A stretch of DNA of 63,837 bases, counting the filler, from Choristocarpus tenellus KU-1152 (Eukaryota > Protista > Phaeophyceae), in the NCBI GenBank assembly GCA_964200185.2. It is 11 parts of 11 records of this genome, joined end to end, with 100 filler letters (N's around TTAATTAATTAA, not from the genome) between each part and the next. Parts side by side here need not be neighbours in the genome. Positions count along the whole stretch, not along the records: positions 16,651 to 25,623 come from CAXNAD020004147.1; positions 25,724 to 38,647 come from CAXNAD020001656.1; 9 more parts are not named here. The stretch is one strand, 5' to 3'. The first letter of the stretch is position 1. The number at the start of each line of letters is the position of its first letter. Position numbers and translations under genes: made by a program. The notes beneath the pieces were generated by a model, which had not been told where the DNA came from, ran no database searches, and saw only the letters and a program-made list of their open reading frames with translations. Positions 25,615 to 38,747 of the stretch are shown one piece after another.

Positions 25615-26572
25615 TGTGGGAGGNNNNNNNNNNNNNNNNNNNNNNNNNNNNNNNNNNNNNNNNNNNNTTAATTAATTAANNNNNNNNNNNNNNNNNNNNN
25701 NNNNNNNNNNNNNNNNNNNNNNNGGGGGGGGGGAAGGAGGCATTATTGGGCAAGATTGATTCTGTTGTCAATGCTCTTGAGAGTATGTTGTTAGAGGCGC
25801 GTTGAGAAGAAGAGGAGGGGAGTACGTGTGTCTCAGGGAAAGAGTGGTTCTATTTTGATTTTGAATATTATACTTTTGATACATTAGGGAAAAGATGGCT
25901 CCCTCCTCTCCTCTGGTGCATCAAGGAAACTAGAACTGATTTACATGGGAAAAGTCTTCACGGAGGGAAGGCATAAACATGCCTGGGGGCAATATGTATA
26001 TATAGTCAGCTTTTGAAAGGGAATAGAGCACTCCATTGGGTATGGCAATATCAACCTGACGATTCTTGGCAGTAAGTACTTATGTTCATAATAGGTTTGA
26101 TGTTTGTTTGGGTCAGAGAGAGAGTGACCAAGAAACGCATTGCACTACTTCCTCTGATTAGCATGACTTTGAACATTTTGTTTGGATGGAAAATAACACC
26201 ACCTTGGGAAGGCTTTTCTTCTGGCTTTACTTAGGGCAGCGTAGAATAGATCTAAGACCAATTCCGTTAGTGCTGCTGCTTAGGTCTTAAGGCAATTGCT
26301 TCATTTTTTTGGTAAGACCCCTGCAAAACTTAAACAGTGAGAACCTGATACCGTCTTGTGCACTTATAGCCTGCCCCACAGCCTGTTAGAACTGATGCTG
26401 GACAGGGGAAATTCAGTATTGTATTAGTATCAAGCATGCTTGGAAATGGTGTGTATATACTTCTCATCTAAGCCAGGGCTAGGTTGGGAAGGGTGCCAAA
26501 GTGTTTTGAAACGCCTGGTACATATGTATGTACACACCATTGATGCCGTGTCCCATTCCACAATCAATGCAG

Positions 26573-27277
26573 ACGATAAAGATGATTAAGGAGGAGTACG
26601 ACGTTGACTGCAACCTTTCTGAGGAAGGGAAGGTGGTGCTCTTCTCTGAAAATGCTGAGAATGTCAGGAGGGCAAAGGCTGTTGTGGAGGATCTGGTCCG
26701 AGAGCTCTGTGAGGTCGGTGGTATGACTTGAAGTAACTCCACAGTAGTTTGCAGGACCTACCGTATGTGTATTTTTTTTATGGGTTCGTACAGGGGATGG
26801 CTCTAGAGCGATAAAAGCTAGTGCTCTGGAGTAATTTGAAACAGGAAAGCGCTGCTGCTGTTTTGCAGGCAATGCTCCACAGGTTGGAACAGTCTTGCTT
26901 GGAGGTCTACACATAACCAGAAAAATTGTCGCTGAAACCTCTAGGCAGAAGTACTTTGGACATGGGTAGGAGACACACACATACGCCTGAACTCAAGAGA
27001 CCTAGAGTGATACACAAGATTGGCAGAGTAGATGTAGGTTGTAGGGCGAGAGCATCCCACTGGCTCTATCTTTTACTACAGAGTATGTCTGCACACATCC
27101 ACCTGATACTGCCTATCACTGAATGTGTGTAGTTGATTTGAAAAGGGTGTATGACTTTTGACACTCTTCTCCTCGGTGAGGTAAAGCGCTTACACACTTG
27201 CACGTTTCCGATCTGCATTTCAGTGCTGTCAGACAGGGCACACACCTCGCCTCTGTCTGATACCAATAGACTAATTT

Positions 27278-27350
<73 letters not shown>

Positions 27351-27378
27351 CTCTTTCTCTCTCTCTCTCTCTCTCTCT

Positions 27379-27417
<39 letters not shown>

Positions 27418-29060
27418 TTCACCACTGCGATGTCCTTATTGGTAGGGGGACATCCTCACCGGAAAGGTGGTGGACGTACAACACTATGGGTGCGAAGTTG
27501 AGCTGGTCCGGAACCAGACCGGTATCCTCCATGTGTCAAAAATGACTGGAATTGTACCTGCGCCACCAGCAACTGAGCTTGTGGATGTTGGACATTCATT
27601 AGATGTGCAGGTGGTGGAAGTTGACAGGTCAGTACGCATGTACAACACATAGGACCAATAAAATATTCAGTGGGGAGGGGGGGGGGGCATGAAGGGTTTA
27701 GTGAGCCACGACTGCTGGAAGTTATGCAGACGAGGTTAGTGTCGTCAAGTGGGAGTATAGAAAACTTGAGGTGTTGTAGCCTATGTCAGTTGATATTTGG
27801 CATGGTGAATCGATCCTGTTATCTAAGTGATAGTACTTATAGTGTTGTGTGTTTTGTGTGTATGTGCCACTAAGAGAGTAGACTAAATACTAAATGTACA
27901 CATGTAATACTCACTCAAGTCTGACTGGAAAATACTATGCAGTAGATGATTTAGAGATGTGTAGTAATCAATGGGGTTAGATGTTTACTACTACTACTAC
28001 ACAGGTTGTTCCCCTTCGATTCAAATCTAACAATGAGAGAAATTGGGAGCATTATGGATCTCTCTCTCTCTCTTTCTCTCTCTCCCTGTTCTCTCATGTC
28101 CCCTGAATCCCTGAGCTAGAAGTAGGTGTGAACATGAAGTAGATTTTTGTAAGTACTGCACAATGTATTTCCTACCTTTTTTTTAAGGGGGTAGGGGGGA
28201 GTTTCTACAACCACTTTTTTGTGCCTGTTAATGTATAAAACCTCAACAACAAGAAAGCAACATAGGCATTGATACCACATTTCAAAGAGGGGAGTAATAT
28301 TGATTAGTTTGCTCAAGAAGTTCACAATCTTATTCACTTTGTCAACATCACCAGAATAGCATATGCTGTAAACATCTGACGATCTTTTTTATAAATAATC
28401 ACTAATTATTTTCTTCTTTTTTTGGGGGGGGGTGTTCTTTTTCGAACTTGATTTGACTCTTGCTCCAACTGTTTTTCCCTTCAAGTCCAATCAATAGGGT
28501 TATGTTTAATACAAGTCTACATCAGTTGTTTTATAGACCTCTGCTGTCTGTAGCAGCAGCATAAAGCAACTGATATAAATTTCTTTCCACCCCGCCTCAA
28601 AATTGTTTTATCTATAATATGTTACTATTTTAGCAAGAGACAGGATTCTTGGGGCTTCAAAACCCTCAGTACACAGTGCAAGAATAATATATATTTAGAT
28701 GCTATCATTGCAGTCTTTGAGATTTGTGACTCCCTCACCACCCTATAGTTACATCCCAAAACTTGACTGTGATCAATGATTCAATTATTTCCACCTCCTA
28801 TGGTTTGCTTACGCCCTGCACTGTCTGTTTGGTTGAACCAACAATGCAGGGTTAGGGGCTGGGTGAAGTTGGAGTTGGTGGGTCCACTCTTGAAGAACAA
28901 GAAAAGGGATAAGGAAGTTGTTCCATTGAAGGAAGGGGGAGACCCCGAGCACTCTCAAGGGGAAGGCGAGGAAGATGTAGTTGAGGATGAATTGATACAG
29001 AGTCAAGGGAAGGAGGAACATGTCAACATGTCGCCTGCTGCAACGCTGGGGAAGAAATAG
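26573..29060 (+). CDS. PNPT1: Polyribonucleotide nucleotidyltransferase (PNPase), C-terminal KH and S1 exons 26573-26713, 27446-27627, 28850-29060
   Basis: KH end TIKMIKEEYDVDCNLSEEGKVVLFS...RAKAVVEDLV, then S1 GDILTGKVVDVQHYGCEVEL...GILHVSKM...VQVVEVDRVRGWVKL. Phases are consistent. Confidence 0.85.
27280..27412. repeat. (CT)n microsatellite just upstream of the S1 exon acceptor
   Basis: Direct sequence. Confidence 0.95.
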
Positions 29061-30025
29061 ATTTTGATGCTGTACCATGCATGATACCACCAGTAATAGT
29101 ACCCAGTAGTGCAATGTACTACATTTCACTTCTCTTCTGTTAAGAAGCAGATAACTCGAACAAGTGTCAGCACCATAGTAATTAGTTGGTACAAAAATGT
29201 GTGGGCTGCTGATTTTGATCAAAATCGGAGATTGCCCCCTACTAGGTGACAGGAGGTACAGTCTAGCCTAGCCTATGATAAATGCGTCAAAATCTCATCG
29301 TCTTCTTTTGCGATCAATGGTACTGTGAGCAGACAAAATTGTAACCCCTATTTATATCCCCAAGGCAATTGAGTTCTCTTGCTCTGGGATATTATAAGGC
29401 TTGTGAGGCATTAGAGCAAACAGTATTTCACAATGACCTGTGAAATTTGATGAAACACACTATACATTCAAAGGACTTCAAAGATTGTCTTGAACAATCT
29501 TGTGCTGTAAGTATGTAGAACTCTGACCGCCTTTGTGCTATACTCGAAGTTCTACAACTATACAACCTCTAGGGGATTCCTGTGCTTGGAGTGTTCAAGA
29601 CATGCAAAGTGTACAATAAAATATTTTTCATGGGCTTGGTGTCCCATGCAATGTAATTTCTTTAAACGATTCTGCTTGAGAGCAGCAATAGGGATTCTTC
29701 ATACGTTTTGTTTATTAAAGAGGGGTTTCAATGACATCAAGAGGTCACTCTCCTGTAGTTCACTATAGAGTGAGGACACACACAATAACAGTTACACAAC
29801 GCCACCAACAATAATGCAAAAAAGTCCCCAACCACCAGCACTGAACGCCAAATTTCTCTGAGAGTGATCCTCCCAGCTGCCACACAAGAGATCAAGTTGA
29901 CCTACCCATACTGCATAGGTAATGCATGAACAAATCAAAGATAATTGTTTGTGAACAGATGTATCCATGAGTTGAGAGGTGAGGCCAAATACAATAGGTG
30001 CTACATCTATCTAGTGGGAACTTTG

Positions 30026-32580
30026 CTATTGAGTAGAAGATAGACTTCCACCACCAGCTCTTACCCCCTTTCCCACTCCTGCACCGCCCTCATGACCGTG
30101 CCAATTCATCCTGTACACATACACCATCCCCCTCTCCTTGTCCAGTCCGTCCCCCTCAACAAAGAGATCTACCATCTGCACCTGGTGGTCAAGAGTAACT
30201 TCCAAACCAGAACCGATTCTGATATCCTTGTTTCCTCCTCCATCTCCCCCCTCCTCTATCTGCACCTCACACCCTGCATCCAGTGTTGTCTCAGCAAGGT
30301 CAAAGAAGGCCAAGTCGAGGGATGCCTTACCAGGGTCGTGATGACTGAAGCTCACCCATGCAGTTCCGTACGGGGCAAGGCACCGGCGGCACGTCATTAG
30401 CAGTTGTCTGTGCTGAGAACGGTTGAAGAGGAGGTCTGCCATCACCACCACATCAAACAAACCAATCTCTGCCCCACCCACGACCTGCTCTTGGCTCTCG
30501 CCTTTGTCCTGTGCCTCTACGCCAGCATTTGAGCTTTTTCTACCCTCTATGCTTTGCCCCGTCAATGGAACACCTCCTATCCTCCTACCTGAGCAATTGC
30601 CTGTAGTCAGTGCTGGTGTAGGTAACACCTCTAACACCTCAACCCCCTCTTGCCCTTCCAGTCGATGGCCATGGCAAAGGTCATCATTGCTTTGATCCCT
30701 TTGTTCCTTACAGGAACTGATACTACTATCAGCGAAACACAATGAATAGCCTTTACCCTGAATCCCCTCCTTCCCTCCCCCCTCTCCACCACAACTGAAA
30801 TCTTCCGTTGGGGGTGGAGAGACAAGGGGTGCCAACAGATTGTCAACAGGTGTGCCCCAGACATGACCCACAGCATGAAGAGTGCCAGGAGGCACAAAAG
30901 AATGCACTTGATCAATGTTGGTTTGGATTGCATCAATGAGTGATGTGTCTGGTCCAGCAGCATAGTCCGAAATTACCACCTTATTGGCTCCATTCTGTGT
31001 CAGTTGGTTCATTGTGAGAGAATTCGGTGTAGGGGTGCAGGGGGGTGGGGAAAGCAGGGAGACAGAGAGATGACAAACAAGATTGAGGATGAGGTTAAGC
31101 AGGGGAAATCTCCAATCATATAGCATTTGTGGTAGAGATTTATGTGAGGCGAGACTGGCCATTTTACGAAAATTAGAACCCCGTACAGCAAGTGTTACAG
31201 AGTTTTCCACTTACAAGGAAAACTGTGAGATGATCAACGATTGTTTGTTGTTCATGAACACATCTGTAGTACACCCCTTTTCGTTTACCATACTAAATTA
31301 ACCAAGGCATCACTTGCAGGAACTCAATTGCTGGAGGGGGAGTTGGAAGATAAATACCTGACTGTGGTAAATTGATCCACTCAGTCAATTTGGTTGATTA
31401 AAGAAAATAGCTCAACACTGCTGTCCAGGACAAGGGAGCCCCATCTCCACCAGTGTCGAACCCTATAAATATATTTGCAGGTACCTACCTGAGTGCCTTC
31501 CCCTTCATGTTGTGAAAAGTAAACTTCGCAATTGTTTATTACTCACCACGCCATGAGCATGGTGCAGAGCAGCCTCTATGCATGAATCACGGAAGACAGC
31601 AACTCTTGTATACTGATCTAAAGTAATCATCACAATACTATGAGGTAGTTACTAGTAGGTATTAAGATCCAAGAGTGGCTGCCTTCCTCACCAGGGCACA
31701 GATTAGTCCGGGAAGCCCTGCACCCGCTCCAAGCTCCAGCACATTCAGTCCCCTCACATCTACATGACCAGCTACGTCAAACATCTCTACAAGGGGTCAA
31801 CGTCCGACCATACAGCAAAGTCCAGAGTATAGGGACAGAGGGATGGTTAGGGACGGCTAAGGGAGGCTTGAGATATAATTTGGTGCGGATGTAGAACAAC
31901 AAGTGTGGTGGGGGTGAGGAAGGAAGACGACAACCAATGAAGGATTTGGCGAGCCTTGTAGATTGATGAAAGACAGAAGGTGGTAGCAGTACCTGAATAG
32001 TATTGAATGATGCAAAAGTGACTGAATGATGTTGCTCCAAAGAAAACCAGTCCGTAAAGAGACCAAAAATATTCCTTCCCAACATTCAGCCTCCCCACAC
32101 GAAAGCTGACCTTGCGCAATAAAAAATGGAAATCAAGGCGGGGCAATATACTCTAACATCAAGTTACATGCTCGAAATGAAAATTGAAACAATTAATACT
32201 CTCAAAGAGAGACAATGACCAATGGATCCTACCATAATGTAGGGCAACCTCGATCGACGAGTGACCGACGTGACCTTACCCATAACGACCACAAGATCGA
32301 ATCTCTCGCCCTAGCACTGCCACGACTTATTTTTAAGTGACTAGATCTTCATTATAACGGATCCGGTTTTGACCAGAAGCATACCTGCGAGGCGGATTGA
32401 CGCGTTCCAAAGCCGGTGGCCCCAGAGGCTATGATGCTCGCCAACCAAACGCAGTTCCAGAAATTCAGGCACGACCCCATCAGGACGACGATAAACCTCT
32501 ACATTCAGGGGAGGGTCGATAGTCTCCTCATCGCTGAGGTTCGGGGGGGGGAATGCTAAATCATGATGTAGGCGTACTAG
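30026..32580 (-). CDS. EFM7/NNT1-like protein methyltransferase (Methyltransf_16); exons ~32580-32385, 31786-31692, 30994-30026; start uncertain (candidate ATG ~32734)
   Basis: LRLVGEHHSLWGHRLWNAS, motif I VLELGAGAGLPGL, VVISDY, HVWG, FDVVVMADLLFN and FSHH. Confidence 0.88.
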
Positions 32581-33455
32581 ATGGGAGAAGCGTTGCGAAG
32601 AAGCCGCAAGCCCTTGGATCACGGGTGTACTGCACAACGACTTAGGATGAAGACTCTCACAACAAAGCTAACCTTGAAGAGTTCAAGTCAAGAAAGCATG
32701 CAAGTCCATCCTTCTCATCCATCTCCCCAAGCATGACCACTCCCGACACAGTATAGGTGGAGAAGAGAGAAGATATTGGATCAATGATTCCCTAACTGGA
32801 GGCAAGTAGAGCTTGAGTTTGTCGAGTCTTGACCTATTCAGTTTGCAAAAATGCACTGGATGGCGTGCTCAATTTTGCAAAAAGTGCGGTTAGATACCAA
32901 GAAAGTACAATACTAATGTCATGGGTAGAGAGTTGGTTTGGCTGGGGTGGGTACTCTCAGGCAGGCTGACTTTTCGGTCGATATTGGTGGAGTAGGAAGT
33001 TGGATGATGAGATGAAGAGGACCCATGTCTGTCCGATTTCTTTGTCGGTTTGATTTTGTGTCAATATCCGTGCGATTTCTCAGTTCTGAACTCTTGACAC
33101 ACCTGTTTCTTGTAGACATTTGACGACTCAAGTCACATTTTAACACATCCACCAGCCCTCCGCTGTAGTAAAAGGCGACCACCTGCAGCAAATTTAGAAT
33201 CTCCACTCACACATTTTCATACTGTGCGAAGTCAGTTGAGAGGGCCCACTCCAGGTCTCACACACTCTCGTTTTATGTAATCGAAGACGTCAAGGTCTTC
33301 ACGAATTGACGGGTGACATTTCGAATCCCGCGAGGACAGCAGCGACAACAGCTACTTGCTGTGTCGTGGTTCTAGAGCTCAAGGATTTCGCTTGGATAGA
33401 TTAACAACGTCACGCTTTAAAGTGGAATCACGGTGGGTAAGCTGCCCTTGGTGCA

Positions 33456-36400
33456 ATGACCTTGGACACCCCCCTCACCAGGAAAAGGGGGCGTCCTAAA
33501 GGCAGCAAGAACAAGCATTTACCATCATTGATTAACTCGGCCTCGCGTCTCCGTCAAAGTGGCAGTGGTAGATCTACCTCAACTACCCGGGCGGCATCCT
33601 CATCACCTCGAGCTACTGCTCACAGACCGCTCCGATCGGCCTCTCCCCGTAGCGTTCCGGCATCTGGGGACTCCTTATCGCCGCGCGCATCTTTGACCCA
33701 AGTGCAAGGTCCTTCTGGATCAAAGCAGGACTCTCGACGCCGGCGATCGGATCCTGTCACAGATGTCCGAGGGCGAAGTCCGCGTGCAGCCGCCCAGGCA
33801 GCCGCGCATGCCATATCCAACTCTCCTTTCACCCCTAAGTTCAGCAAATCTGTAGGGGTCCGCTCCCAGCGCGGCGGCAAGGGAAACTTCACACGAAAGA
33901 GTTCGGTGACTTCTTCGCGAGAGATATCAGCTATACTCTCTAATTCTAGAAGAGGTGAAAGGGGCGAGATCGAGAGTAAGAGCCCCAGCATAAGCAAGGG
34001 GAGGGGAAGACCAAGGAGGAGTGGTGGGGCCGCCGAGGAAAGTACCTCCGGCTTCCAGAAACAACCTAAGTACAGAGGAGCTATGAAGCCTGGAGGTAGT
34101 ACGGGCAAGGTAGGAGATGTGACAAGACGTAGTAGCGCTACCCAGCCACAACGCCGCGAACTTCCCGCCCGACCTGGGAGGCCGGCGAGGACTGGGTCGC
34201 AACGTGAGGGGTCCGCAGATTCTGACGCCAGGCGGAAGAAGGAAGGACGCCGAGGAAGAGCCGCCAAAGGAGTAGAAAACCCCAAGGGTAGCAATGGGGC
34301 ATTGGCTGCCAGCACCGGCCAACGGCGGTTGCGTGATAGTAACCTCTCCTCTCCCACTGGCAAGATGCAGGGTGGCAGGGAGGGGAATGGGAAAGAGCCA
34401 GGAGAAGATGGAGGACAGGAGAGCTCAGGGTCAAGGGAGGGACGAGTGCAGCCTCGACGAAGTGCAAAGATGGATGTTGTGAGTGAGCCTGTGAAAAAGC
34501 GTCGCAGGAGTCAGACAGGGGAAGGGTCTGGTGCTCCAATTAGCTCCCCTTATCCAAAGCGTGTCAGGTGAGCTTTTGGTCCCCATCACCCACCCCCTTT
34601 CCTCCTGTCATTGAGAGGGTTTCATTAGATTCTTCCCATTTTTCGTCTTGCATTTTACTGCTTGTTGTGCTGCAGAGTTTTTTTGGCAAAGACTGATCAT
34701 GCTACTCAAATTTAGAAAAGTTTTATTTTGTTAACAATTCCGGAGGTATGCTAGCACCTTTAGTTGATATATCAAATAATAACATTATTTTGTAGCCCTC
34801 TGGGAGTACTGTGAATCATCTTGGAGTTGGTGCAAAGCGCACTGGGCAGAGGCCAATGGTATTCCTGAAATACTTCCTTTTATGCAACTTCAAACTCTTC
34901 TGACTGATTGCACTATAGTTATGTGTCTGTGTCTTGTGCAGCATGGTTGAAGAGGGGTTTCGTGAAACATTGCCAACTGTGAAGGCCCTTTCTTTGTATG
35001 GTATCTGAAGCACACTAGGATGCTACATCCTATACCAGCAACTGGAAATCAGAGCCGAAGTGTACAGATAAGAAGACATTTGGTGGTGATGAGGATATGG
35101 AGTTCATGCATGTGATGGTTATTTGTGGTGGCTACTGACCCAGAATTATTTAACAGTAGATACAGCATCTATGTTTGAATTTCATCAAACTACTTAAATT
35201 TTTGACAAGTAGGACAAGATGTAGGTATTACAAAACACTCAACAGTACTGTGGTGCTTCAGAAAGACTTTCTTTTGCAAATGTAGCAATATTTGTTTTCC
35301 CACTTTTTTTAGGGTTAGGGTTAGGGTTAGGGTTAGAATTACTTGACCAAGAGTACACAGGTGGACGGAAAGGTTGGGAAACATCTTTGTAAATATGTAA
35401 CAATTCTTATATTCTAATAAGAAGAAGCATCCTTTTTTTGTTTGATATGAGGTCGTTCAAAACCTTTGTTTTATGCAAGCACTTCCACAGTGTACGATAA
35501 TGTGTATGGTGAAGGGGTCAACTCAGCACTCTCTAGAACCCCAGGAACCATCTTTGCATAGGTTATGTCTGGTTGATACTGTGTTCGAGTTCACAAGTGG
35601 AGTGACACACACACACTGGAATTGTCACTAATCCTGTGGAATGCTAACACATGCATATGCATCATAGAGGGGCAGTAAGTTACGAAATAACACGACCCGG
35701 CTTTAATTATTTAATTATTTAATAATTGTGTAAGCCTTGTTTGTGTCAACCTATCTATACCTAGGGCTCTAGACCCTCCCCCCCCCTGATACCCACGGCA
35801 TTGATACTTTCAGTTGGTAAAATGATGTGTGCTGGGGCTGATCAGAGCGAGGGGTGTATGAGAGAGAATAGAATGGGATGTTGTTTTGGCTTGTCCTAAG
35901 GAAGGCGTTGATGTTTCGGGGGGCCATTAAGATTTTTCCATAACCTGGTATGTAATGGGGGCTTGGTAGTAATAAAAAAATAAATAATGTTGAAGTTTCA
36001 CACAAATGCATGACGTACTTCATGCACCAGGTAATGGATATATCGCAATCATGTCATCATTATGGAAACCATTGGTAGAGATTTTTCTCTTTTGGATTAG
36101 GATCAATGGGTTTGTTTTTTTTTACCCTTTCCACTATTCTTTCAAGATTTATGTAATATTTTTCGTCTTCATCCTCTTGAATGCAGAAGTTTTGTGGTTC
36201 CTTTCGTTTTTCCCTCTGCTAGTGACGTGTGTTGTGTGTGGATGCTTGTTTTTTGGTCTGGTGTGGTGTAAAGAGCATTGCAGGTGCAAAGGGTAAACCA
36301 TGCAGTTAGTTTGTTCGTGTTCACAATACGTGCTTGAATACAGAGTGTAACATGCCAAGTACTAAGCCCAAAATATGGAATAGATTGGTGCAAGTCAGTG

Positions 36401-38348
36401 CTTACCCTTGGCTGAGTGAGGACAGATAAGACTCTCATCTCCACTAGATATTGCCCACCTGGAGAAGGCCAAGGTGATTAAAGACCTCTTTAATTTTTAC
36501 TCATCATTATGTGATGGCTGACGGAGTCAGTGCAATGGATCCTCATGTTGCATTGATGTGCCCACACACCCTACCCCACCCTCTAACCTTTTTTTTTTTA
36601 TGTAGATTGTACTTTGAATTTCACATGTCTTCTCATGTGCTCACCCCCCAAGCCCACCTCCTCCTCACGGCAGATCTGAGCGAGAGGTGTACCTGGCAGT
36701 TCCTGCTTCAACAACCGCCAACCAGGTAGGGGCTCTGACACCAGCCACTGCGGGATACCCTCGTGGGATTGGAAGCAGCAAAGGAGGGCGGAAAAATGGA
36801 CCTGGGGGGGGGGGGGGGGGGCGGCAGTGATTTGGTGGGGGGGGGAAAGGGGGAAAAGCATCCCCCGCCCCNNNNNNNNNNGGTGCTAAGGTCAGCAAGT
36901 CTACACCGGCTCCACAGAAGGTATTGCCACCACCGCCTCCTCCCCCGTACAGGTTTCAATTTGCTGCGAGGCCTGCTGTGGGGGGACGGGGACTGCTGTC
37001 GGTCGCACTGTTCTTGTGGATCTCCAAGACAGCGATGAAGTGAGCTATTGATGGAATCTTTTTTTTTCCATGTATTGGATGGGTGTAGTGCAGTTGAGGT
37101 TGGGTAGTAGGGTTTTGGGTCGTGTCCATGGCCTTTTTGATGGATTGAGATCACACAGCAGCAGCAAGAGGACTCTCTTGTGAGTGTATGATTTAGTTTA
37201 GTTTTGCTGAGGTGTTAAGGACTGCAGAGGACGATACATGAATTTTGGTGGGTGAAATGATTTATTTTTTTCAAAGTGACACGCAGAAGCGTTGAGGTAC
37301 CCGTTCGCAGTTTACATATCATTTACTTTCCCCCTCCCCCACTGAAAAATATCCTGTGCTCTGTTGCAAGATTTCCCTGATTTGATCCTTGAGCAGACAG
37401 GGCTTTGACCCACTCTTGTTCTACTGTTGCAATGCACCTGCCCAGTTGCTAGTTGATGGGGATGACTTTTTTAGGGGGTCGATGCTAGGTCATGAAAAAT
37501 CTGGAGGAGGTATGGGCTACTATTTCATAGTGAAATAATGATAGGATTAGGAACTCTTTGATAAGAATTGGTCGCTCAATGCCTCGGCAAGCCAAGAGTC
37601 TATCGGGAGCACAGTATGACTTAAGTGTATGTTTATTGAGGCTTTTTTTGTGTGTCCCCTTTGTTGATGTCCTGTAGGAATATCTCACAAAATGCATGGA
37701 GCGAGTCACTACTGTCTTCTTTTTTTTACCTGAATTTTTTTTTTGTAGGGTTAGGGCACTAAATAATATGACAAACTGCATAGCTCACCCACCGTACACG
37801 CAGACATCACCCATTGTGTCCCATCCTCTTGGGCGCTATCATTCAACCTGTCTGCATGCATCTCTTCCCTCACACAAGCGTTGGTGTTCACCAACTCCTT
37901 TGGCAAAATTTTGATGCTGTAACACACTGCGGTTGTTATTCCCCTGTCCACCGTCCCCCTATTGACCTCTTCCAACTGGAAAAGATTTGGACAGGGTTGG
38001 GAGTTGAACCTAAAGGAGCTGGAGGAGGCGGTGTCTGGTCCTCCAGAGGAGAGTCACCTGTTGGCCATGATTCACGCCCGACTTCTTGCCTCAGAGGTGG
38101 ACCTCAAACGTATGCGTGCTGGGGAGGACTCTTTTCCATTCAGGTGAGGAAGGATTTGATGGCATCCAACCTAATTTGTTGTGGTTGTGTGAAGTGGAAG
38201 GGACGGTGTGGGGGTGAGTCCATGTGCTGTTGTTGTGATGGTAAACAGCTTAAGATGTATAAGGATTCCAGAGGGGAGAGGTGGAGAGGCGAAGCAACGG
38301 GGTTGGAAGTGCCCTTGTTGTGGGTTGTTTCATGCCAGGAAAAGTGTG

Positions 38349-38386
<38 letters not shown>

Positions 38387-38647
38387 TGTTCTCTCTGAGG
38401 TAGGCTGTCTTTGTGGGTTCAGTTTTTGAATCGTGTGTAGGAAACCAATAGCATCCCTCCCCCTTATGGTGTTTCGTTGGGTTGCATTGGAAGTAGGTGG
38501 TGGACAAGCCAGCTACGCAAACATGTTGGAGGATGGTACCTTCGGCGTGCAGTGCTAAAGGAACTGATACACAAGGCTGAGCAGGAGGAGGAGGAGGAAG
38601 AGGAGGTTGGGGAGGAGGGGGGGAGGGGGGGGGGGAAACAGGATGAG
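33456..38647 (+). CDS. AT-hook plus DDT-like domain chromatin protein, partial; exons 33456-34567, 36653-37039, 37985-38143, 38497-38647+
   Basis: AT-hooks RKRGRPKG and GRGRPRR. The spliced peptide GLLSVALFLWISKTAMKFGQGWELNLKELEEAVSGPPEESHLLAMIHARLL resembles the DDT consensus. All three junctions are phase 2. Confidence 0.7.
35309..35336 (+). repeat. Interstitial telomeric (TTAGGG)4+ in an intron
   Basis: Direct sequence. Similar tracts at 39186-39203, ~40735-40748 and ~18396-18414. Confidence 0.9.
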
Positions 38648-38747
38648 NNNNNNNNNNNNNNNNNNNNNNNNNNNNNNNNNNNNNNNNNNNNTTAATTAAT
38701 TAANNNNNNNNNNNNNNNNNNNNNNNNNNNNNNNNNNNNNNNNNNNN

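Noticed and set aside
27066-27545. RE/SL-repeat ORFs
   Set aside because: Translations of a (CT)n microsatellite.
33620-34539. Long minus-strand ORFs
   Set aside because: Antisense shadows of the GC-rich AT-hook exon.
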